Positions 30,736 to 41,360 of a stretch of DNA of 64,000 bases are shown one piece after another; position 1 is the first letter of the stretch; every line of letters starts with the position of its first letter. Position numbers and translations under genes: made by a program. The stretch covers positions 256,001 to 320,000 of the forward strand of contig CBDFIJ010000004.1 in the NCBI GenBank assembly GCA_965248055.1, read 5' to 3'. Source of the stretch: Candidatus Multivoradales bacterium. Its GTDB lineage: Bacteria > Acidobacteriota > Thermoanaerobaculia > Multivoradales > JAHEKO01. The notes under the pieces were generated by a model that saw only the letters and a program-made list of their open reading frames with translations, was not told the DNA's origin and did no database searches.

Positions 30736-32811
30736 CTACAGCAGCGGCGCGATAACGAGAGCGACCACCGACATCAACTTAATCAAAATGTTGAGGCTGG
30801 GGCCGGCGGTGTCCTTAAACGGATCACCTACGGTGTCACCAACCACAGAAGCCTTGTGCGCATCGGAGCCCTTGCCACCGAATGCACCACCCTCAATATA
30901 TTTTTTGGCGTTATCCCAAGCACCACCAGCGTTGGCCATGAAGATTGCCATGGTTACACCGGAAACGGTGACGCCAGCAAGCAGACCACCCAAGGCTTCG
31001 ATGCTGTAGAAACCAACCGCTACCGGAACCACAATTGCCATCAAGCCAGGGAGCACCATCTCCTTGATCGCAGCATCGGTAGAAATCTCGACGCAGCGAG
31101 CGTAGTCGGCAGTTCCGGTACCTTCCATCAGTCCCGGAATCTCCTTGAACTGGCGCCGCACCTCTTCGATCATGCGAAAGGCCGCACGGCCCACCGCCTG
31201 CATCGCCATCGACGAGAACAAGAACGGCAACATGGCACCGATGAACAGGCCGCCCATGACCAAAGGCTTACCCAAATCCAGCACAGTCAACCCCACCTGA
31301 GTCTTGAACGCAGCAAACAGCGCCAAAGCAGTGAGTGCTGCCGAACCGATCGCGAAGCCCTTACCAACTGCCGCAGTGGTGTTACCCACAGCGTCCAATT
31401 TGTCGGTACGCACTCGCACCTCACTGCCCAAATGACTCATCTCGGCAATTCCTCCAGCGTTGTCAGCAATCGGGCCGTAGGCGTCAACCGCCAATTGAAT
31501 GCCGATGGTTGAGAGCATGCCGAGCGCGGCGATCGCGATGCCGTACAGTCCGGCGAACTTAAATGCCACCAGGATCGCGCCCACCAAAACAATCACCGGA
31601 AGTGCCGTCGACTTCATGCCCACCGCGAGTCCACCAATGATGGTGGTTGCTGCGCCGGTCTGGCTGTCCCTGGCGATCGATTGTGCAGGGCCACGTGCCT
31701 CCGAGGTGTAGTACTCGGTGATCAGCCCAATCGCGACTCCGGCCAACAGGCCACCCAAGGTGGCAATGAACACACCCCGACCGGTGAACTCAACGCCGCC
31801 GGGAATCGTGTAGGAGCCAGCCAACAAGTAGTCAACCAGGAAGTAGGTCACCACCAGCATCACGCCGGCGGCGGAAAAAGTACCCCAATTGAGAGCGCGC
31901 TGCGGGTCTCCCCCCTCCTTGGTGCGCACCAGAAAGGTACCCAGAATCGACACCAAAATGCCGACGCCGGCAATCACCATCGGCAATGCCAGCAGTTCCG
32001 GGGTGTAGGCAGATCCGACCGCGTTGACGGCAGAGATCCCCAGCACCAGAGCCCCGACAATCGCCCCGACAAAGGACTCAAATAAATCAGCGCCCATGCC
32101 CGCGACGTCGCCCACGTTGTCGCCAACGTTGTCCGCGATCACCGCAGGGTTACGCGGATCGTCTTCGGGAATTCCGGCCTCGACCTTACCCACCAAGTCA
32201 GCGCCGACATCGGCGGCCTTGGTGTAGATGCCACCGCCAACACGAGCGAACAGGGCAATCGAACTGGCTCCCAGAGAAAAACCAGCCAGCACAGTGATGG
32301 TCTTGGCCGCATCAACCTGCGGGTTGCCGGTGTCAAAGAGATTGGAGTAAACCGTGTAGAGAACCGATAAACCGAGCACTCCCAGACCGACCACCGAGAA
32401 ACCCATCACGGCACCGCCGGAGAAGGCGACATTGAGGGCCTTGTTGAGGCTGGTTCGTGCCGCTGCCGCGGTGCGCACGTTGGCGCTAGTGGCGATGCGC
32501 ATTCCGAAGAATCCCGCTAAGGCTGAACACAATGCACCCACCAACAGCGAAACGCCGATCAGAGCCGAGCTTCCCTCTCTGCCCATATTGGCCCACGCCA
32601 AGAGCGCAGCCGCGACCAGAACAAATATCGCCAGTACACGGTACTCGCGACTTAGGAACGCCATCGCTCCAGACCGAATGTGGCCGGCGATGGTTTCCAT
32701 TTCCTTGCTGCCAGAATCTTGTTTCGCAACCCAACGGCTACGAAGCCAGGCGAAAACCAGGCTCAATATTCCGAGGGCCGCCATCCATTGAATCATTGCT
32801 TGACTATCCAC
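30736..32811 (-). CDS. hppA: Membrane-bound ion-pumping pyrophosphatase, K+-dependent type (probably Na+-translocating)
   Basis: [20 protein letters not shown] and [10 protein letters not shown] motifs; GNTTAA has Ala at the K+-dependence position. Confidence 0.95.
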   Translation of the reverse strand: MDSQAMIQWMAALGILSLVFAWLRSRWVAKQDSGSKEMETIAGHIRSGAMAFLSREYRVLAIFVLVAAALLAWANMGREGSSALIGVSLLVGALCSALAGFFGMRIATSANVRTAAAARTSLNKALNVAFSGGAVMGFSVVGLGVLGLSVLYTVYSNLFDTGNPQVDAAKTITVLAGFSLGASSIALFARVGGGIYTKAADVGADLVGKVEAGIPEDDPRNPAVIADNVGDNVGDVAGMGADLFESFVGAIVGALVLGISAVNAVGSAYTPELLALPMVIAGVGILVSILGTFLVRTKEGGDPQRALNWGTFSAAGVMLVVTYFLVDYLLAGSYTIPGGVEFTGRGVFIATLGGLLAGVAIGLITEYYTSEARGPAQSIARDSQTGAATTIIGGLAVGMKSTALPVIVLVGAILVAFKFAGLYGIAIAALGMLSTIGIQLAVDAYGPIADNAGGIAEMSHLGSEVRVRTDKLDAVGNTTAAVGKGFAIGSAALTALALFAAFKTQVGLTVLDLGKPLVMGGLFIGAMLPFLFSSMAMQAVGRAAFRMIEEVRRQFKEIPGLMEGTGTADYARCVEISTDAAIKEMVLPGLMAIVVPVAVGFYSIEALGGLLAGVTVSGVTMAIFMANAGGAWDNAKKYIEGGAFGGKGSDAHKASVVGDTVGDPFKDTAGPSLNILIKLMSVVALVIAPLL

Positions 32812-32854
32812 AATCTACCTCCAGGGACTCGGTCGTCCTCATGTTTCCTTTGCT

Positions 32855-33454
32855 CTATTTCTCTTCGTCAGCGCCTGAAGCCCACTGCCAGCCATTGAAC
32901 CGCTGCATGGTCTCTTCGACACCGTGTTTCTGCCACGATCCACAGGCATCGGCAGCAGCAGCGATCACCGCGTCTACCGTCTCCTGTTCGTCGGGCTCAA
33001 ACTCATTCAATACAAACTCGGCCAACTCGCCTTTGGGCATCCCCGTGGCAGGCTCGACGCCCACCCGTAGCCGGGCGATTTCGTCACTCTGCAGTCCGGC
33101 GACGATGGACTCCATCCCACGATGCCCTCCTGGGCTTCCTTTACCGCGCAACCGCATCCGTCCCAATGGCAATCGGACTTCGTCGTAGACGATCAATACT
33201 TGATCCTTGGTTAAGCCGTAGGTTTCCAACAGGCACCGCACCGCATAGCCACTGCGATTGACATAAGTTTGCGGGGCGATCAAAACCAAGTCTTCAGTTT
33301 GTGCCCACAGGCAGTTACACAGACCTTCTTGGAACTTCTTCCCGGCACGGAACGCCAGTTCGTAGACCACGTCAAACCCTAGATTGTGACGTGTTCCCTC
33401 GTAGCGTGGCCCGGGGTTCCCCAGGCCAACAACATAGTGCTCCGGTTGTGTCAC
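32855..33454 (-). CDS. pth: Peptidyl-tRNA hydrolase
   Basis: VGLGNPG.RY..TRHNLGF and GGH.G motifs. Confidence 0.95.
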   Translation of the reverse strand: MTQPEHYVVGLGNPGPRYEGTRHNLGFDVVYELAFRAGKKFQEGLCNCLWAQTEDLVLIAPQTYVNRSGYAVRCLLETYGLTKDQVLIVYDEVRLPLGRMRLRGKGSPGGHRGMESIVAGLQSDEIARLRVGVEPATGMPKGELAEFVLNEFEPDEQETVDAVIAAAADACGSWQKHGVEETMQRFNGWQWASGADEEK

Positions 33455-33474
33455 CGAATCGCCGACTGGACGCT

Positions 33475-34152
33475 CTAGGCGTCTTCCTGTTCTTCGTCCG
33501 CGTCGTCGCTGCCACCCTTGCCAATGACCTCTGGCTCAGCCATCTCCGACTCAAGCAGCAGGTCGTCCTCGTCCTCTTCGGGCTCAGCTTCGACACGAGG
33601 ATGGGAAACCGACGCCAAGACACGATCACTATCGCTAATCAGCTCTACACCCTTGGGCAGTTCTAAATCATGAACTTCGCCATGGTCCCCGATCGCCAGG
33701 CCGGTGATATCGAATTCCAAATGATCGGGGATATCGCCCGGCAAACACTCGATCGTCACTTCACGGGTGACGAAATCGAGGACCCCACCCTCGTCTATAA
33801 CTCCGGTCGCCTCACCAATCAACTCGATCGGCACCTCGACCCGGACCTTTTCGTCCATCAGGACTCGCTGGAAATCGACGTGAATCACTCGGCGTGACAC
33901 CGGGTCGGTCTCAACGTGCCGAATCATGGTGTGCCGGCTCTTATCGCTGTCGCCCAACTTGAGCAGAAACACACCGTGCTCACTACTCTTGCGAATCATT
34001 TCCAGGAACGACGATTTCTCGACCCGAATCGATACCGCATCCTTGCCGGCGCCATAGACCACAGCCGGTATCCAGCCGCCGGCCCGAAGACGTCGATTGG
34101 CATTTTTCCCCGTTTCCTCACGAGGCTCCACCGTCAACTGCATTTCACTCAT
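33475..34152 (-). CDS. rplY: 50S ribosomal protein L25/Ctc
   Basis: RRLRAGGWIPAVVYG and HVDF motifs; TL5-type C-terminal domain. Confidence 0.95.
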   Translation of the reverse strand: MSEMQLTVEPREETGKNANRRLRAGGWIPAVVYGAGKDAVSIRVEKSSFLEMIRKSSEHGVFLLKLGDSDKSRHTMIRHVETDPVSRRVIHVDFQRVLMDEKVRVEVPIELIGEATGVIDEGGVLDFVTREVTIECLPGDIPDHLEFDITGLAIGDHGEVHDLELPKGVELISDSDRVLASVSHPRVEAEPEEDEDDLLLESEMAEPEVIGKGGSDDADEEQEDA

Positions 34153-34173
34153 AGACTTCTCCGTCGGTCAACG

Positions 34174-35118
34174 CTACACGAACAGCGAACTAACCGAACT
34201 GTTCTCGTGAATTCTCAGAATCGCTTCGCCAAGCAACTTGGCGACAGAAAGCGGCCTTATCTTGCCGCAGTTAGCAATCTTATCCTCTAACGGCGTGGTG
34301 TTGGTAACCAAGACATCTTGAATCGCCGAATCTTGAATCCGGCCCAATGCAGGACCCGAAAGCACCGCATGAATACAAGCGGCCCGTACCGACAAAGCAC
34401 CTTGATCGATCAACGCCTGAACAGTCTCAATCATGGTTCCTGCGGTATCGATAATATCGTCTAGAATCAACACGTTACGTCCGTCTACGTTACCGATCAC
34501 ATTCATCACCCGTGCTTGATTGACCGCCGTTCGGCGCTTGTCGACGATTGCCAACTCAGCATCCAAACGCTTGCCGATCGCCCGAGCTCGCTCCACCCCA
34601 CCAGCGTCCGGAGAGACGATGGTTAGGTCAGGAATCTGCATCTCTCGAATCGCATCCAACAACACCGGCGCAGCAAACAAATGGTCCACCGGCACATTGA
34701 AGAATCCTTGAATCTGCGGTGCGTGCAGGTCCATGGTCAAAATCCGGTCGGCACCGGCGGTAGAAATCAAGTCGGCAACCAACTTAGCAGTGATCGGAAC
34801 CCGAGGCTTGTCTTTCTTGTCTTGCCGCGCGTAGCCGTAGTACGGCAACACCGCGTTGACGCGGGTGGCGCTGGACCGCTTGAGCGTATCTAGCAGGATC
34901 AGCAGCTCCATCAAGTTTTCATTCGGCGGTGCGCACACCGGTTGAACGACAAAGACGTCGGCTCCCCGTACGTTTTCCTCCAACTGGCAAAAGATTTCGC
35001 CATCAGAAAACTTGAACGACTCCACCTTCCCCACTGGCAAGTGCAAGTAGTCGCAAATTTCCTTGACCAAGCCCGGGTGAGCCCGACCGCCAAAAATTTT
35101 GAGATCGCCCATATTCAT
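34174..35118 (-). CDS. prs: Ribose-phosphate pyrophosphokinase
   Basis: FSDGE, YARQD, DLHAPQIQGFF and DDIIDTAGT motifs. Confidence 0.97.
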   Translation of the reverse strand: MNMGDLKIFGGRAHPGLVKEICDYLHLPVGKVESFKFSDGEIFCQLEENVRGADVFVVQPVCAPPNENLMELLILLDTLKRSSATRVNAVLPYYGYARQDKKDKPRVPITAKLVADLISTAGADRILTMDLHAPQIQGFFNVPVDHLFAAPVLLDAIREMQIPDLTIVSPDAGGVERARAIGKRLDAELAIVDKRRTAVNQARVMNVIGNVDGRNVLILDDIIDTAGTMIETVQALIDQGALSVRAACIHAVLSGPALGRIQDSAIQDVLVTNTTPLEDKIANCGKIRPLSVAKLLGEAILRIHENSSVSSLFV

Positions 35119-35271
35119 TCCCTGCGACCGTCTTTCAACCGCCGATCAGGTTTCCAATTGTATTTCGACTGCGCCTTCTGGAGCGGGGTGAACCGCTAGC
35201 GCGATCTTACGGCACCAGCCTCCGAGGCTCAACCAAGAAAAGAACCCCATCGGTTAGCTATCATCTGCAGC

Positions 35272-35970
35272 ATGCTCAAAGTGTCTCCCCAGATCTTCGA
35301 CCGATTCTCGGGCGTTCGCATCGGGTCTCTTGTAGTGCGAAATCTTGACAACAGTTCGACCACCTTCGACCTGTCTCAGGAGATCGCCGAAGCTTCGCAG
35401 GAGTTGCGCGAGACTATGTCTGGGTTTCCGGTGATTGAGCACCCAAACATCGCTTGCTGGAGAGCCGCCTACCGTGAGTTCGGCGCAAAACCCAAGAAAT
35501 ACCCATCTTCGATTGAGGCTCTTACCAGAAGGATCCTCAAAGGAGATCAGCTTCCGTCGATCAATCCACTGGTCGACATCTACAACTTGATCTCACTGCA
35601 ACACCTGCTGCCAGTTGGCGGCGAGGACATCGACCAGTTGGTCGGCGATCTGCAACTGAGGTTTGCCAGAGATCAGGAACCGATGGCCCAGATGCTGGGA
35701 CGTCCGACGCCCGAGGCTCCCCTCCTCGGTGAAGTGATCTATGCCGATAATCAGGAGGCGGTGTGCCGACGCTGGAACTGGCGCGAAGCCGCTCGGACCT
35801 GTCTATCTCCTGAAACACGCAATGCGGTATTGGTCATTGAGGCGCTGCCTCCGATCACCGACCAGCAACTCAGTGCTGCGATGGATGCACTCCAAAGCCG
35901 GGTGGTCGACCAATGTGTCGGTGAGTGCCAGTTAGAGATCCATCGAGCGTCCAGCGTTCTCAGCACTTAG
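35272..35970 (+). CDS. Stand-alone B3/B4 domain protein (PheRS-beta editing-domain-like)
   Basis: WRAAYREFGAKPKKYPSSIEAL, INPLVDIYN and CRRWNWR motifs. Confidence 0.88.
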   Translation: MLKVSPQIFDRFSGVRIGSLVVRNLDNSSTTFDLSQEIAEASQELRETMSGFPVIEHPNIACWRAAYREFGAKPKKYPSSIEALTRRILKGDQLPSINPLVDIYNLISLQHLLPVGGEDIDQLVGDLQLRFARDQEPMAQMLGRPTPEAPLLGEVIYADNQEAVCRRWNWREAARTCLSPETRNAVLVIEALPPITDQQLSAAMDALQSRVVDQCVGECQLEIHRASSVLST

Positions 35971-36049
35971 CCTCCGTCGGCCTCGATCACTGCGCCGCCT
36001 GCAACCGAGCAAGGCAAAACCTTTCTTCGCTAAGCCACGTTTAACAAGC

Positions 36050-38305
36050 GTGCCTGTTATTCAAAAAATCATCCAGTTCCTTTGTTTTGGACTTGTTTCT
36101 CTGGCGCTAGTCGGTGGCCTCTGGGCGCTGCCGGATGACCCGCCGTTTGTCATTCAGCGATCTACTGGCGAAATTGCCATCGATGGCGTGCTGGCTGACC
36201 AAGGTTGGCAAGGCGTCACGCCGATAACCACCTGGTGGGAAACTCGCCCGGGCGACAATATTGAGCCGCCAGTGGAAAACATTGGCTACTTGACCTACGA
36301 CGACCAGTTCCTCTACGCCGCATTCAGCTTCAAAGACGCCAACCCCAGTGACATCCGAGCACCGCTGGCCAACCGCGACAACGTTCCAAGCTACACCGAC
36401 TACGGGGGAATGTTGATCGACGTCAACGACGACGGCCACTCCGCGCAGATGTTCTTGGCCAACCCGCGGGGCATTCAGTACGACGCGATTTCCAACGACG
36501 CGTCTGGCGAAGATTCCGCCCCGGATTTCTTTTGGCAAAGCGCCGGCACAGTGAACGATGACGGCTGGGTGTTGGAAATGAAGATTCCGTTTTCTTCTCT
36601 GCGCTACACCAATGCCAACCCCGAACAATGGCGCATCCTGTTGTACCGCAACTATCCTCGGGGATTTCGCTACCAGTTCTTCTCTTCTCAATTACCTCGC
36701 GACTCCACCTGTTTCATCTGCAACTCCACCCCCTTGACCGGGCTCGCGGGATTGCCCTCGGGGAGCCACATGGTGATCGCCCCGTACGTAACCGGTCTTC
36801 AGAACTCCGAACCAGTCGGCGATATTGGCACCCCACTGCGCAGTGAAGATCGAGTCACCGAGATCGGGCTGGACGTCAAGTGGCTACCCAATCCGCAGAC
36901 AGCAATCGACCTCACCTTGAACCCGGATTTTTCCCAGATCGAGTCAGATGTCCCGTTGATCTCGGCCAATGAACGCTTCGCGCTGTTTTTTCCTGAAAAA
37001 CGGCCGTTCTTTCTTGAGGGCAACGATCTGTTCAGCACGCCAACCAACGCGATCTACACGCGCAGCTTCGCCTCCCCTCGCTGGGGCACTCGAGCGACCG
37101 GCGACTTCGGTCAAAACACCTACACCGTATTAGTCGGGGAGGACCGCGGCGGAGGCAGCGTTGTCATTCCCGGACCCGAAGGCTCCGATCTGGTCAATGA
37201 CGACCAAGAATCGCTGGTCACCATGACCCGATTACGACATAACTTTGGCGATTCGTTCGCCAGCTTTCTGTACACCGCTCGCGATCGGAACGACGGATCC
37301 TACAACCGTGTTTTTGGCCCGGACTTTCGCTGGCAAGTCACGGAGAATGACGTCGTAACTGGCCAATTCCTGTTCTCGCAGAGCGAAACACCCAACCTGC
37401 CTGAAGAGGCAGATGAATGGGACGGGCGCAAGTTATCGGGTCACGGTGCTGAGCTGATGTGGCAACGCCAAACTGGAGATTGGGATTTTTTCACTCTCTA
37501 CAACGAATTTTCCGACGACTTTAGGACTGACAACGGCTTCATGCCCCGGGTCGGCTATCGACTGGGCTACAACGAGATCGGACGCAGCTTCCACCCCGAA
37601 GACAAACCCATCTCACGTGCACGGGCGTCCCTTCAGAGCATCTACCGGGTGGATTCAGACGGCGAAATCCTAGAGCGCCGTCTGAGGCCTGCAATCGGCT
37701 TCGACGCAAAGTTGAACTCGTTTTTCCGCGTTGAGTTTCATTTGGCCGAAGAGCGCTCCGGCGGTCGACTATTTGACCGCAACCAAATCGTACCGACGGT
37801 GATCCTGCGCCCCGGTGGAATCCTTTCCGAGATTTTCGTCCGCGCTACCTTCGGAGAAGACATCGACTTTGCCAACGATCGTCCGGCAGACGTCACCGGT
37901 CTCAACATCTCGGTGGACCTACGGCCCAGTGATCATCTGGAATTGAACCTCATTGCCAATCAGCGCGTGTTAGACGTAACCACCGAAGACGGACGTTCCG
38001 GGCAGCTCTTTGACGCCCGGGTTTCTCGTCTCCGTGCGACCTACAACTTCAATGCGCACAGTTGGGTGAGACTGATCGGTCAGTGGCTTGAAACCAATCG
38101 AAATTCGAGCTTGTACAACGACCCCGAAGACGTCGATGCACTTTCAGAAAGCTTGGGTGGATCGGTGGTTTTCGCCTACAAACTCAATTGGCAGTCGGTG
38201 CTATTTGTCGGCTACGGATCGAGCCAAGAGTTGGACGCCTCGCGCAACTTGGAACCTGCCGGGCAGGAGGTGTTCGTGAAGTTGTCCTACGCTGTGCAGC
38301 GCTAG
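36050..38305 (+). CDS. CBM9-like/DUF5916 outer-membrane protein
   Basis: Signal peptide, IDGVL, LTLNPDFSQIESD, FFPEKRPFFLEG and C-terminal VFVKLSY. Confidence 0.85.
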   Translation: MPVIQKIIQFLCFGLVSLALVGGLWALPDDPPFVIQRSTGEIAIDGVLADQGWQGVTPITTWWETRPGDNIEPPVENIGYLTYDDQFLYAAFSFKDANPSDIRAPLANRDNVPSYTDYGGMLIDVNDDGHSAQMFLANPRGIQYDAISNDASGEDSAPDFFWQSAGTVNDDGWVLEMKIPFSSLRYTNANPEQWRILLYRNYPRGFRYQFFSSQLPRDSTCFICNSTPLTGLAGLPSGSHMVIAPYVTGLQNSEPVGDIGTPLRSEDRVTEIGLDVKWLPNPQTAIDLTLNPDFSQIESDVPLISANERFALFFPEKRPFFLEGNDLFSTPTNAIYTRSFASPRWGTRATGDFGQNTYTVLVGEDRGGGSVVIPGPEGSDLVNDDQESLVTMTRLRHNFGDSFASFLYTARDRNDGSYNRVFGPDFRWQVTENDVVTGQFLFSQSETPNLPEEADEWDGRKLSGHGAELMWQRQTGDWDFFTLYNEFSDDFRTDNGFMPRVGYRLGYNEIGRSFHPEDKPISRARASLQSIYRVDSDGEILERRLRPAIGFDAKLNSFFRVEFHLAEERSGGRLFDRNQIVPTVILRPGGILSEIFVRATFGEDIDFANDRPADVTGLNISVDLRPSDHLELNLIANQRVLDVTTEDGRSGQLFDARVSRLRATYNFNAHSWVRLIGQWLETNRNSSLYNDPEDVDALSESLGGSVVFAYKLNWQSVLFVGYGSSQELDASRNLEPAGQEVFVKLSYAVQR

Positions 38306-38371
38306 CCTTTGGCGTATCCTCTGTCTGATGCCGCTGGCACCACACCCACTGCGGGCAGTTGGAGGATTACT

Positions 38372-38920
38372 GTGAGTTGGATTCCGATCATTCCCGAAAC
38401 CGAGGCTGACCAACCCCTGGCTGAGCTCTACGATCAAAGTCGCGACCCGGCCAGCGGACAACTCGACAATATTCTGGCGATCCATTCGCTTCACCCCGAC
38501 GGACTAGCCGCCCACCTGGGGCTCTACCGAGCGGTGATGGCTGGAACCGCCACCCTGCGCAAAGTCGAGCGCGAGTTGATTGCTATGGTGGTCAGTCAGC
38601 TCAATCAGTGCCACTACTGAATCACCCACCATCGCCGCGGTCTGCGGCGCCTGCTTAAGGATGGTGACCTGCTAGTTCAGATAGAGGATAACTGGCGCAA
38701 GGCGGGCTTGAGCGAGGGTCGCAATGCGATGCTGGAATTCGTCGTCAAACTCACCCAGACACCAGCCGCCATGACGCGCAACGACAGCGATTCGTTGCGC
38801 CAAGCGGGATTCACCGACATCGATATCTTGCATATCGTCGAGGTCAGCGCCTACTACGCCTATGTCAACCGCATTGCCGATGGATTGGGAGTACAACTGG
38901 AAGAGACCGGCGTCGCTTAA
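38372..38920 (+). CDS. AhpD/carboxymuconolactone-decarboxylase-family peroxidase-related selenoprotein (CxxU, UGA at 38618-38620)
   Basis: ORFs 38309-38620 and 38708-38920 share one frame, separated only by the TGA in ERELIAMVVSQLNQCHY*ITHH; GGAGG RBS before GTG 38372. Confidence 0.85.
38633..38649 (+). promoter_or_regulatory. Bacterial SECIS element (upper stem-loop)
   Basis: CGCCGC-GGTCT-GCGGCG hairpin starting 12 nt after the UGA. Confidence 0.75.
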
Positions 38921-39059
38921 CCGACACCACATGCGGTGGCTGTTCTTACCAATCTGACGATCAGCCATACAGGTAGCTTGGTTGTTTCACGGAGGGGCCT
39001 TCCGCGTTATGATGGCACTGGTGCAGAAGTGGCCAGGGAGTGGGACAGATTGAGACCAA

Positions 39060-39725
39060 TTGAATTCTGTAATGCGTGATTTGCGCCCCAGTCTCCCCGT
39101 CTGGGCGGGTATCGCAGCAACAGTCGGCGTAGCCGTTGTCGGCGTCGGCGAATACCTACTCCACTACAACCCGCTGGGATACGCTGACAGTGCCAACTTT
39201 CAGTTTCTGCAGGGATTGCCCCGAAAAAGATTGATTGCGGGACACTTTCTGGCAGTGCTAGCGGCGCCGGCATATCTGCTTGGATACTGGGCATTGACCC
39301 AGGGGTTTGCACGAGTTTCCCAACGCAACAGAGCGCTCTTTACCGCGATTGCCTTCTACACCTTTGTGGTGGCAGCGATCTGGATCGGGTCGCGTGGATT
39401 CTTAGCGGTGGTAGTCCAAGCCAACGTCACCGGCGTGATCGCTGACTACAAACTGCTACTGGAGTCTTTGATCTGGATCGTGCGAGTGGGCGTCGCAGTG
39501 TACTCCGTGCTGCTCGTTGCCTTCATCGTCAAATCTCAGACGATCTACCCTCGTTGGTTCGCGTGGATCAACCCGATAGTGCTGTTGCTCGCCGTATTCT
39601 CAACCCTCGCGTGGCCTGCCCTAGGAAGTCACTTGGTGCCCTCGGCGATGAACGTCGCACACCTCCCGTTCTTCGCCGTTATGACCTTGCTATTGGCAAA
39701 CGCTGACCGAACCACCTCATCGTGA
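39060..39725 (+). CDS. Multi-pass membrane protein (DUF6796-like)
   Basis: About six TM helices; VGVGEYLLHY, YPRWFAWINP and AMNVAH motifs. Confidence 0.65.
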   Translation: MNSVMRDLRPSLPVWAGIAATVGVAVVGVGEYLLHYNPLGYADSANFQFLQGLPRKRLIAGHFLAVLAAPAYLLGYWALTQGFARVSQRNRALFTAIAFYTFVVAAIWIGSRGFLAVVVQANVTGVIADYKLLLESLIWIVRVGVAVYSVLLVAFIVKSQTIYPRWFAWINPIVLLLAVFSTLAWPALGSHLVPSAMNVAHLPFFAVMTLLLANADRTTSS

Positions 39726-41350
39726 AGCGTTTTCTCATTATCCTCTGCGGGATCGCAGTCACCATTGGAATCATCGCTGCCGTAGCCGGTGGGCTGATAA
39801 CCGGATTCTTCTTTCAAGACACCAAGGCGCCACTCAAAGCGCCGAACGCAGAAGTAACGGTTCCTCGCTTTCACCAGGTCGATTTGCCGTTCGAGCACCG
39901 TCATGACAGTGATCAATCGTTACCTTTCGCCGCTGGCGCCTGGATCGATGTTGATCAATCAGGCACTCCCGAACTGTTTTTGGGCGGCGGACGGGGACAA
40001 GCCGACGGTCTGTTCAGTTATGCCAATGGCAGTTTTCGGCCCCATCCTCTAAGCGCAACCCTAACCAAGGACACGACCGATGCCACCTACTCGGCAGTTT
40101 CGATCGACGCTGACCATGACGGGGACATCGATCTATTTGTCACCCGTGACAGTGGCTTGGTGCTGCACGAGAATCTTGGCGACTCGTTTACCTCCACTCC
40201 TATCCAAATCCCGCTGAACACAAAAACACTCGCATTGTCGCTGGCGCCCACGGACCTGAATCAAGACGGATGGGTGGACTTCTTTGTTGCCGGCTACATA
40301 CGCCCGGAAGAGGTCGCCGGACTCACCATCTTCACCGACCCAGACTATGGAGGCAGCAGCCTGCTGCTACTCAACCGCGCCAATAACACCTTCGACGACG
40401 TCACGGCGAGTGCTGGTCTCGACTACGTCCACAACACCTTCCAAGCGGTGTGGCTAGACCTGGACGATGATTTCGATCAAGACCTGGTCGTCGCCTATGA
40501 CACTGGCCAAGTTCGCACTTGGCGCAATCGAGGAGACCTCACTTTCGAGAATGTGCCCAATCCCTCCAGCGATGTTTTTGCTTATCCGATGGGAATTGCC
40601 GTCGGCGACTGGGACAACGACTTGCGTGTCGACCTGTTTTTCACCAATACCGGGAGTTCGATTCCCCTCCTGGTCGCTCGCGGTGACTTGAAGGATGATC
40701 AGACACTCAACGAACAATGGATGTTATGGCGCAACGTGGGAAACTTCGTGTTTGAAGATTTGACGGTTGATGCTGGGCTGAAAAATTACGAATTCGCCTG
40801 GGGTGCGGTCTTGGAGGACTTCAATCTGGATGGGCTCCTCGATCTGGTGGTATCGGAGAACTTCGTCGACTTTCCACCGCACAAGGTCTTTCCCCTTCCC
40901 GGTCGCTTCATGCTGCAGAACTCCGATCACGTCTTTGCCCCGGCGGGCAAAGACGCTGAGGTCGACAACCCTTATTTCGGCATTACACCGTTGGCAGCAG
41001 ACGTAAACGGCGATGGTCTTCTGGATCTAGTCCACGTCAACATTGATGGACCCTCTCGTGCTTTTATCCAGCAATTGACGCCCGGTCTCGGTGCCTACCT
41101 CCAGATCGATCTGCCGGACACCGTCGCTTCGTTGGGTGCCAAGGTGTCGGTAGTAACAGAAAAGGGTGCCCAAGTCCGTTATCTGGTCGCCAGCGAAGGG
41201 CTCTGCAGTGACCAGTCTTCGACGCTATTTTTCGGTTTGGGTGCGGCCAGAGAGATTCTCTCTGTCACCGTAGGTTATGCGGACGGACACAGGTTGGAAT
41301 TGGGTCCGAGCGCGGTCAATCTCACTCTTTCCGTTCCGTCTAGAACCTAA
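39722..41350 (+). CDS. CRTAC1-like FG-GAP repeat / ASPIC-UnbV protein
   Basis: Repeated DxxxDGxxD motifs; C-terminal LGAKV...Q...LFFGLG. Confidence 0.88.
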   Translation: MKRFLIILCGIAVTIGIIAAVAGGLITGFFFQDTKAPLKAPNAEVTVPRFHQVDLPFEHRHDSDQSLPFAAGAWIDVDQSGTPELFLGGGRGQADGLFSYANGSFRPHPLSATLTKDTTDATYSAVSIDADHDGDIDLFVTRDSGLVLHENLGDSFTSTPIQIPLNTKTLALSLAPTDLNQDGWVDFFVAGYIRPEEVAGLTIFTDPDYGGSSLLLLNRANNTFDDVTASAGLDYVHNTFQAVWLDLDDDFDQDLVVAYDTGQVRTWRNRGDLTFENVPNPSSDVFAYPMGIAVGDWDNDLRVDLFFTNTGSSIPLLVARGDLKDDQTLNEQWMLWRNVGNFVFEDLTVDAGLKNYEFAWGAVLEDFNLDGLLDLVVSENFVDFPPHKVFPLPGRFMLQNSDHVFAPAGKDAEVDNPYFGITPLAADVNGDGLLDLVHVNIDGPSRAFIQQLTPGLGAYLQIDLPDTVASLGAKVSVVTEKGAQVRYLVASEGLCSDQSSTLFFGLGAAREILSVTVGYADGHRLELGPSAVNLTLSVPSRT

Positions 41351-41360
41351 AGTCACTGCC

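Noticed and set aside
26776-31512. Long antisense ORFs (26776-27663, 30712-31512)
   Set aside because: Shadow frames of PBP1A and hppA, expected in GC-rich DNA
35119-35271. tRNA-Gln often found upstream of prs
   Set aside because: No T-loop or cloverleaf in this interval
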